This document shows, one piece after another, positions 1 to 4,627 of a stretch of DNA of 4,627 nt (its first letter is position 1; every line of letters starts with the position of its first letter). The position numbers were made by a program, and so were the translations under genes. Origin of the DNA: a virus (taxonomy: Duplodnaviria > Heunggongvirae > Uroviricota > Caudoviricetes); IMG/VR virus record IMGVR_UViG_2711768014_000008, one strand, 5' to 3'. The notes beneath the pieces were generated by a model. It saw only the letters and a list, made by a program, of their open reading frames with translations, was not told the DNA's origin and searched no databases.

Positions 1-160
1 GCTTTGAACTCTTTAGAGTAACGTTGGGTTTTTCTGCTCATTATTAGCTCCTTCTGATGCCATTCTATTTCAGGAAGGAGTGTCCGTTAAACTCAGGCTA
101 CCTCAGGTTATTCGCTTCTGGGCATGGGCGGATCAACAAATGATAGACGGTAATGCAGAT

Positions 161-181
161 TGTAACGCTCGCGGCGTTACA
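161..181. repeat. Perfect inverted repeat TGTAACGC-N5-GCGTTACA, candidate initiator-binding site (ori iteron)
   Basis: Read directly: tgtaacgc (161-168), tcgcg, gcgttaca (174-181). The same 7-8-mer recurs at 371-389 and 406-412. Confidence 0.5.
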
Positions 182-370
182 AAAAGTGCAATAGATCGCA
201 TCACTTTTATGTCTGGTTTTGCTGATGCGTTAATTCAGGTTGGATGGCTGGTCGAAAATGACGGAGGGCTTTCTCTACCTAACTTTGAACGTCATAACGG
301 AAAAAGCTCTAAAAAAAACGGGCGGTTACAAACGAGCGAGTAACAAAAATACGCGAACTGAAACGAAAAG

Positions 371-389
371 GTAACGCTGCCAGCGTTAC
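371..389. repeat. 19-bp perfect palindrome GTAACGCTG-C-CAGCGTTAC, second copy of the GCGTTAC motif
   Basis: Read directly: gtaacgctg (371-379), c (380), cagcgttac (381-389); a further copy gcgttac lies at 406-412. Lies in an A-rich tract (296-410) inside the linker-coding part of the initiator gene. Confidence 0.5.
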
Positions 390-414
390 ACAAACGGATC
401 AAAAAGCGTTACCA

Positions 415-434
415 GAGGAAGAGGAAGAGGAAGA
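415..434 (+). repeat. Tandem hexamer (GAGGAA)x3 plus GA, encoding an EEEEEE acidic linker
   Basis: Read directly: gaggaa at 415-420, 421-426, 427-432, then ga. Confidence 0.9.
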
Positions 435-788
435 TCTAAATACTGATCTCCCCCTCGCCAAAAACGAGCGTCTAAAAAATTCGAGCCGGAGGCTATTGAG
501 CTGCCCGATTGGTTGCCGGAAACACTCTGGCATGAGTGGGTCCGGTTCAGACAGGCATTGCGAAAACCGATTCGAACGGAGCAGGGCGCTAACGGGGCGA
601 TACGGGAACTGGAAAAATTCCGTCAGCAGGGTTTTACACCTGAGCAGGTGATTCGACACAGCATCGCCAATGAATACCAGGGCCTGTTCGCGCCGAAAGG
701 TGTTCGGCCTGAGACGTTGCTCCGACAGGTTAACACCGTCTCGTTGCCGGACAGTGCGATCCCGCCAGGCTTCAGGGGGTAACGGACC

Positions 789-1219
789 ATGAAAAATATT
801 GCGACAGGCGGCGTTCTGGAACGCATCCGCCGACTGACCCCGCCACATGTAACCGCCCCATTCAGAACGGTAGCGGAGTGGCGCGAGTGGCAACTTGCTG
901 AAGGCCAGAAACGTAGCGAGGAGATCAACCGCCTGAATCGCCAGTTGCGGGTGGAAAAAATTCTGAATCGCTCAGGCATCCAGCCGTTGCACCGTAAATG
1001 CTCGTTTGCGAATTACCAGGTGCAGAACGACGGCCAGCGATACGCGTTAAGCCAGGCGAAATCCATCGCCGATGAACTGATGACCGGGTGTACAAATTTT
1101 GCGTTCAGCGGAAAACCTGGTACCGGGAAGAATCACTTAGCGGCAGCTATCGGGAATCGCCTGCTGAAAGACGGTCAGACAGTGATTGTGGTTACCGTGG
1201 CTGATGTTATGAGCGCCCT
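789..1219 (+). CDS. DnaC-like helicase loader (phage replication protein, AAA+ family); 3' portion lost in the N run
   Basis: ATG 789 lies 6 nt after the upstream TAA (translational coupling). The 143 readable codons include the P-loop FSGKPGTGKNHLAAAIGNRLL...VIVVTVADVMSA, which matches the E. coli DnaC Walker A region (GKPGTGKNHLAAAI, with the atypical Asn) as I recall it; the N-terminal part is diverged, so this is a phage paralog rather than chromosomal dnaC. Homologs are about 245 aa, so the real stop should fall inside 1220-1607. The track extension to 1727 is an artefact of reading through N. Confidence 0.85.
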
Positions 1220-1607
1220 NNNNNNNNNNNNNNNNNNNNNNNNNNNNNNNNNNNNNNNNNNNNNNNNNNNNNNNNNNNNNNNNNNNNNNNNNNNNNNNNN
1301 NNNNNNNNNNNNNNNNNNNNNNNNNNNNNNNNNNNNNNNNNNNNNNNNNNNNNNNNNNNNNNNNNNNNNNNNNNNNNNNNNNNNNNNNNNNNNNNNNNNN
1401 NNNNNNNNNNNNNNNNNNNNNNNNNNNNNNNNNNNNNNNNNNNNNNNNNNNNNNNNNNNNNNNNNNNNNNNNNNNNNNNNNNNNNNNNNNNNNNNNNNNN
1501 NNNNNNNNNNNNNNNNNNNNNNNNNNNNNNNNNNNNNNNNNNNNNNNNNNNNNNNNNNNNNNNNNNNNNNNNNNNNNNNNNNNNNNNNNNNNNNNNNNNN
1601 NNNNNNN
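1220..1607. other. Run of 388 N (assembly gap or masked sequence)
   Basis: Read directly. Confidence 1.
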
Positions 1608-1623
1608 AGTTTCAGGAGGATTT

Positions 1624-2046
1624 ATGGCGAAACCTTTTACTCCCGAACAGCGGGAAGAACTGAAGACGCGAATTGTGGAACTCGTGCATCAGGACGGTCG
1701 GGTCACGATTCGGCAGTTGTCAGATGAAACAGGTATCAGTCGTGCGTCTGTCGGTCGCTTATGCATAGAACTGGTCGCAAGTGGTGATGTATATAATTCT
1801 GGCTACGGCTTATTCCCGTCTGAACAGGCTCGCAAGGACTGGCAAAGCGCCCGCAAAAAACTCTCGAGAGTAAAGGTGAGGAAACCGGTTGTTGTTGATC
1901 CGGACCTTATCTGGTCATTACCTGACGGAGAAATACGCCGCTACGACAGGCGCCTGAATATAATCTGTCGCGAGTGCCGGAAGAGCGAAGCTATGCAGCG
2001 TGTACTGGCTTTCTATCAGGGTAATTTTCAGGAGGCGATACTGTGA
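1624..2046 (+). CDS. Ren-like protein (lambda Ren family, Rex-exclusion related) with N-terminal HTH
   Basis: ATG 1624 preceded by AGGAGGA (1614-1620); 140 aa; stop TGA 2044-2046. HTH-like segment RVTIRQLSDETGISRASVGRLCIELVASGDV. The C-terminal ICRECRKSEAMQRVLAFYQG resembles the lambda Ren C-terminus (FKECRQSAAMKRVLAVYG) as I recall it, and the position just after the replication genes matches lambda ren. Confidence 0.75.
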   Translation: MAKPFTPEQREELKTRIVELVHQDGRVTIRQLSDETGISRASVGRLCIELVASGDVYNSGYGLFPSEQARKDWQSARKKLSRVKVRKPVVVDPDLIWSLPDGEIRRYDRRLNIICRECRKSEAMQRVLAFYQGNFQEAIL

Positions 2047-2103
2047 ATGAAATTAGCTATCAGGCTTCAATTACCGCTGGCATTCGCATCAAAGGAGAGG
2101 AGC

Positions 2104-2460
2104 ATGGAAATAAAACCAGAAGATGAGTTAAGCAATATCGTTTTATTTCCGGTAAAAGAGGATGACCCTCGTAATCAGGTTAATTTTCTTTATGAGCCAT
2201 CGGAAAGACCATATTGCCATCACGCCTCTGTACGGGTTGACGAAAAAGAGCGTCAGGTCCGCTGTAAAATCTGCGGTGCGGTTGTGGAGCCGTTTGACTG
2301 GATGCTCTCTGTGGCAAAAAGAGAAACCAGACTGGCAGATGATGTAAGGCTATTGCGCCAGGAGGAACAGGAAAGGCGGAGAAATATAGAAAAGCTGATA
2401 CAGATTGAGCGTAACGCGAAAGCGCGGATACGCAGGGCGACAAAATCCAGAACTGAATAA
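2104..2460 (+). CDS. Hypothetical small protein with Cys/His cluster (possible zinc ribbon) and basic coiled-coil-like C-terminus
   Basis: ATG 2104 preceded by AAGGAGAGGAG; 118 aa; stop TAA 2458-2460. Motif YCHHASVRVDEKERQVRCKICGAV. An in-frame alternative start at ATG 2047 overlaps the upstream stop (TGAATGA) and would give 137 aa. Confidence 0.7.
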   Translation: MEIKPEDELSNIVLFPVKEDDPRNQVNFLYEPSERPYCHHASVRVDEKERQVRCKICGAVVEPFDWMLSVAKRETRLADDVRLLRQEEQERRRNIEKLIQIERNAKARIRRATKSRTE

Positions 2461-2607
2461 TTAAATTTAGCACTGTTAAAAATTTAATCCTTAACCGGAG
2501 GGATTTCTGCACCCTCAAATCATCAGGAGACCACCCGAAAGGGCGGGGAGCAGTCACACATCTGTTTCCGATAGCCCCGTTCTAATGCTACACTCTTTGA
2601 TATTTTT

Positions 2608-3294
2608 ATGACCCCAATAAACATATTTATGACAGTTGCTGATTTCAAACGGCCCAAATTGGAGCTCCCAAACGGGGCAAACAAACTACTACTGCACTCT
2701 TGCTGTGCTCCATGTTCCGGTGAGGTGATGGAGGCGCTTCAGGCCTCGGGAATCGACTACACCATCTTTTTCTACAACCCGAACATTCATCCTCAGAAAG
2801 AGTATTTAATTCGTAAGGATGAGAATATTCGCTTTGCTGAACAACACGGCGTGCCGTTTATTGATGCTGATTACGACACAGACAACTGGTTTGAACGAGC
2901 CAAAGGAATGGAATGGGAGCCCGAACGAGGGATCCGTTGCACCATGTGTTTTGACATGCGTTTTGAGCGGACAGCGCTGTACGCCGCTGAAAATGGTTTC
3001 AGTGTGATCAGCAGTTCACTGGGCATTTCACGCTGGAAAAATATGCAGCAGGTTAACGACTGTGGGCGGCGAGCCGTCGCGCATTATCCGGGCATGGTGT
3101 ACTGGGATTATAACTGGCGCAAGCAGGGCGGCTCGTCCCGTATGATTGAAATCAGCAAGCGCGAAAAATTCTATCAGCAGGAATATTGTGGCTGTGTGTA
3201 TTCTCTGCGCGATACCAATCTACACCGCAAATCTCAGGGACGCCCTCTTATCAAAATTGGTCAACTCCACTACGGTAAAGAAGAGAAGGAGTGA
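2608..3294 (+). CDS. queH: QueH/DUF208-like protein (putative epoxyqueuosine reductase-type Fe-S enzyme)
   Basis: 228-aa ORF, stop TGA 3292-3294. Contains [11 protein letters not shown] (CCAPC encoded at 2701-2715), [14 protein letters not shown] and EYCGC, the cysteine and NPN pattern I associate with the DUF208/QueH family. No Shine-Dalgarno before ATG 2608 or the in-frame ATG 2629, so the start is uncertain. Confidence 0.8.
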   Translation: MTPINIFMTVADFKRPKLELPNGANKLLLHSCCAPCSGEVMEALQASGIDYTIFFYNPNIHPQKEYLIRKDENIRFAEQHGVPFIDADYDTDNWFERAKGMEWEPERGIRCTMCFDMRFERTALYAAENGFSVISSSLGISRWKNMQQVNDCGRRAVAHYPGMVYWDYNWRKQGGSSRMIEISKREKFYQQEYCGCVYSLRDTNLHRKSQGRPLIKIGQLHYGKEEKE

Positions 3295-3443
3295 TTTTAT
3301 GGGGCACCTTTCTGATTGATTTCATATTGGCGAGGTAAGTAGAATGACTGCGGGTGCTTGAGGCTATCTGCTTCAGGCATGAACACCAAAAGGCAGATAG
3401 AGAAAAGCCCCAGTTAACATTACGCGTCCGGCAAGACGCTTAA

Positions 3444-3693
3444 NNNNNNNNNNNNNNNNNNNNNNNNNNNNNNNNNNNNNNNNNNNNNNNNNNNNNNNNN
3501 NNNNNNNNNNNNNNNNNNNNNNNNNNNNNNNNNNNNNNNNNNNNNNNNNNNNNNNNNNNNNNNNNNNNNNNNNNNNNNNNNNNNNNNNNNNNNNNNNNNN
3601 NNNNNNNNNNNNNNNNNNNNNNNNNNNNNNNNNNNNNNNNNNNNNNNNNNNNNNNNNNNNNNNNNNNNNNNNNNNNNNNNNNNNNNNNNNNNN
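3444..3693. other. Run of 250 N (assembly gap or masked sequence)
   Basis: Read directly. Confidence 1.
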
Positions 3694-3717
3694 CATCCTC
3701 AACGCACCCGCACTTAA

Positions 3718-3760
3718 CCCGCCCATCGCTGTGATCTCTCAGCGTTTCGGCGGGTTTTTT
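3718..3760 (+). terminator. Rho-independent terminator (GC stem with internal hairpin, followed by T6)
   Basis: CCCGCC (3718-3723) pairs with GGCGGG (3749-3754); nested CGCTG (3727-3731) pairs with CAGCG (3740-3744); TTTTTT at 3755-3760. No matching U-tract on the minus strand. Confidence 0.7.
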
Positions 3761-3780
3761 GTTGTTTATTTCCGGTGAAT

Positions 3781-3808
3781 TTGATTCGCGCACCTTCGCA
3801 GATAGAAT
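3781..3808 (+). promoter_or_regulatory. sigma70-like promoter: TTGATT, 16-nt spacer, TAGAAT
   Basis: -35 TTGATT at 3781-3786, 16-nt spacer, -10 TAGAAT at 3803-3808. Predicted start near 3815, about 75 nt upstream of ATG 3890 and directly after the terminator. Confidence 0.5.
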
Positions 3809-3889
3809 CGACTCACTTAAGTAGCGCGCAGGGAGAAGAGGGATGGACCCCGAACAGGGGAGAGCTATTTATCTGGAAGGATTCTGAAG

Positions 3890-4177
3890 ATGAAAATCGA
3901 AGAATTGCGTGAAATTTTTAGTGAAAATGGCCTCTATGCTGTGCGCGTTGAGAATGGAGCGATTGTCAGCCATTGCCGCATTAGATGTTTGCAATCTCAA
4001 CAAAGGAAGAGCGGTGCTGTGTTATTTTATTTTTGTAATGGACTTCTGACGGACGGTTTTATTTTGCGTGAGGACGAATTTGTCACATCATTACGGGTTT
4101 TGAAAGAGATTGGTTTTAAGGCTGGTTTTCTGCTTTTGCTGAAGAATAAACTCATCTACAATCTTGAGCAGGATTGA
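3890..4177 (+). CDS. Hypothetical 95-aa protein; lower-GC (about 40%) moron-like ORF
   Basis: ATG 3890 with GGAAGGA 8 nt upstream; stop TGA 4175-4177. GC counted by hand as 114/288. No family recognised. Confidence 0.6.
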   Translation: MKIEELREIFSENGLYAVRVENGAIVSHCRIRCLQSQQRKSGAVLFYFCNGLLTDGFILREDEFVTSLRVLKEIGFKAGFLLLLKNKLIYNLEQD

Positions 4178-4215
4178 ACTCCTGCTGTGTAACACCGTGC
4201 CACCGGAGAAAGCCG

Positions 4216-4569
4216 ATGGCACATATACAACTGGTCAAACAAACCTCTTCCGGATTACTTCTCCCGGCGACGCCGGAGAGTTGCGATTTTCTGCATCAAA
4301 TCAAAATAGGTGAGTGGATACACGCAGACTTTAAGCGTGTGTGTAACTACGCATTCCACAAGCGTTTTTTCAAACTCCTGCAACTGGGTTTCGATTACTG
4401 GACTCCGGTCGGTGGGGCGATCACGCCTCGCGAACGAAAACTGGTGTCCGGTTTCGTTGATTACCTGTGTGAATCAGTAGGCCGGGAACATACGCCAGCT
4501 CTGAGCGAAGCCGCAGAGCAATTGAGGTGTACTGGCAATAGCGGACACTACCATTTGTTCTTTTTTTAA
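4216..4569 (+). CDS. Hypothetical 117-aa phage protein (possibly a conserved nin-region family; not firmly recognised)
   Basis: ATG 4216 with GGAG 7 nt upstream, preferred over the track's TTG 4174. The stop TAA 4567-4569 is formed at the end of a T7 run (4561-4567), so the C-terminus may be artefactual. Confidence 0.65.
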   Translation: MAHIQLVKQTSSGLLLPATPESCDFLHQIKIGEWIHADFKRVCNYAFHKRFFKLLQLGFDYWTPVGGAITPRERKLVSGFVDYLCESVGREHTPALSEAAEQLRCTGNSGHYHLFFF

Positions 4570-4627
4570 GCAGCCATCTGATGATATTTTTCCCTGAAGG
4601 CTGCCGGGGAGATATTCCCCAGACGAG

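Larger units (their letters stand above)
80..782 (+). pseudogene. Phage replication initiator with DnaT-like C-terminal domain (phi80 gp15 / Rac YdaU-type position); frame broken twice at homopolymer runs (true pseudogene or sequencing indels)
   Basis: Three consecutive open segments read as one protein: frame 2, 80-343 (GTG start after AGGAAGGA, ends ...NFERHNGKSSKK); frame 1, 313 to ~480 (KKRAVTNERVTKIRELKRKGNAASVTQTDQKALPEEEEEEDLNTDLPLAKNERLK); frame 0, 447-782 (...FEPEAIELPDWLPETLWHEW...RQVNTVSLPDSAIPPGFRG, stop TAA 780-782). The frame switches coincide with A8 (311-318) and A6 (474-479). The C-terminal PDW...NTVS.PDS.IPPGFRG matches my recollection of the E. coli DnaT C-terminus. Start codon is uncertain (GTG 80 or ATG 140); all three frames are closed upstream of position 55. 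Confidence 0.6.

Noticed and set aside
80-343. Treating 80-343 and 513-782 as two independent small genes
   Set aside because: The intervening frame-1 segment is protein-like, the frame changes fall exactly on homopolymer runs, and a repeated peptide motif spans the first break. A single disrupted gene is more parsimonious.
399-979. Minus-strand ORFs 399-893 and 623-979 from the six-frame track
   Set aside because: Both are antisense to the much better supported initiator and DnaC-like genes, are Arg/Ser-rich with low complexity, and lack an SD. They look like typical shadow ORFs.
789-1727. Track ORF extending the DnaC-like gene through the N run to 1727
   Set aside because: N translates as X and keeps any frame open artificially. 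The post-gap residues are out-of-frame sequence overlapping the ren-like start.
2162-3007. Track ORFs 2162-2347 (+), 2180-2557 (-) and 2819-3007 (+)
   Set aside because: They are alternative-frame or antisense ORFs nested inside better supported genes (2104-2460 and 2608-3294), with no independent start signals.
3324-3333. GAGGTAAGT, which resembles a eukaryotic 5' splice-site consensus
   Set aside because: The context is bacterial prophage; this is coincidental.
3373-3793. Minus-strand ORFs 3373-3726 and 3440-3793 spanning the second N run
   Set aside because: They are open only because of the Ns. Their putative N-termini lie inside the + strand terminator stem or the A-tract, and no promoter or SD context supports them. 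A real minus-strand gene inside the gap cannot be excluded but is not supported.
3393-3806. Direct 9-mer repeat GCAGATAGA (3393-3401 and 3798-3806)
   Set aside because: A single 9-mer match within 4.6 kb is expected by chance, and the second copy is explained as the promoter spacer and -10.
3295-3889. Retron-like ncRNA or tRNA in the structured region around the second gap
   Set aside because: There is no reverse-transcriptase-sized ORF downstream, and no tRNA signature (T-loop GTTCGAATCC, CCA end) in the visible flanks. Only a generic structured RNA or small gene remains possible.
1-4627. CRISPR array, insertion sequence, integrase or att site
   Set aside because: No spaced direct repeats, terminal inverted repeats, transposase or integrase ORFs were seen in the readable sequence.

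Overview
The window reads as the early-right arm of a lambdoid (phi80/Rac-type) enterobacterial prophage, with every supported gene on the + strand. It holds a replication module: an initiator with a DnaT-like C-terminus (80-782, reading frame broken at two poly-A runs) and a DnaC-like helicase loader (789 into the first N run). These are followed by a Ren-like HTH protein (1624-2046), a small Cys-cluster protein (2104-2460) and a QueH/DUF208-like Fe-S enzyme gene (2608-3294), which is unusual cargo at this position and is the most interesting candidate here. Downstream lie a hairpin-rich non-coding stretch interrupted by the second N run, a rho-independent terminator (3718-3760), a sigma70-like promoter (3781-3808) and a lower-GC two-gene cassette (3890-4177, 4216-4569). 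The two N runs (1220-1607, 3444-3693) hide 638 nt whose content cannot be assessed. No rRNA, tRNA, CRISPR array, integrase or transposase is visible. All protein identifications rest on motif recall from the translations; no database search or structure prediction was run.
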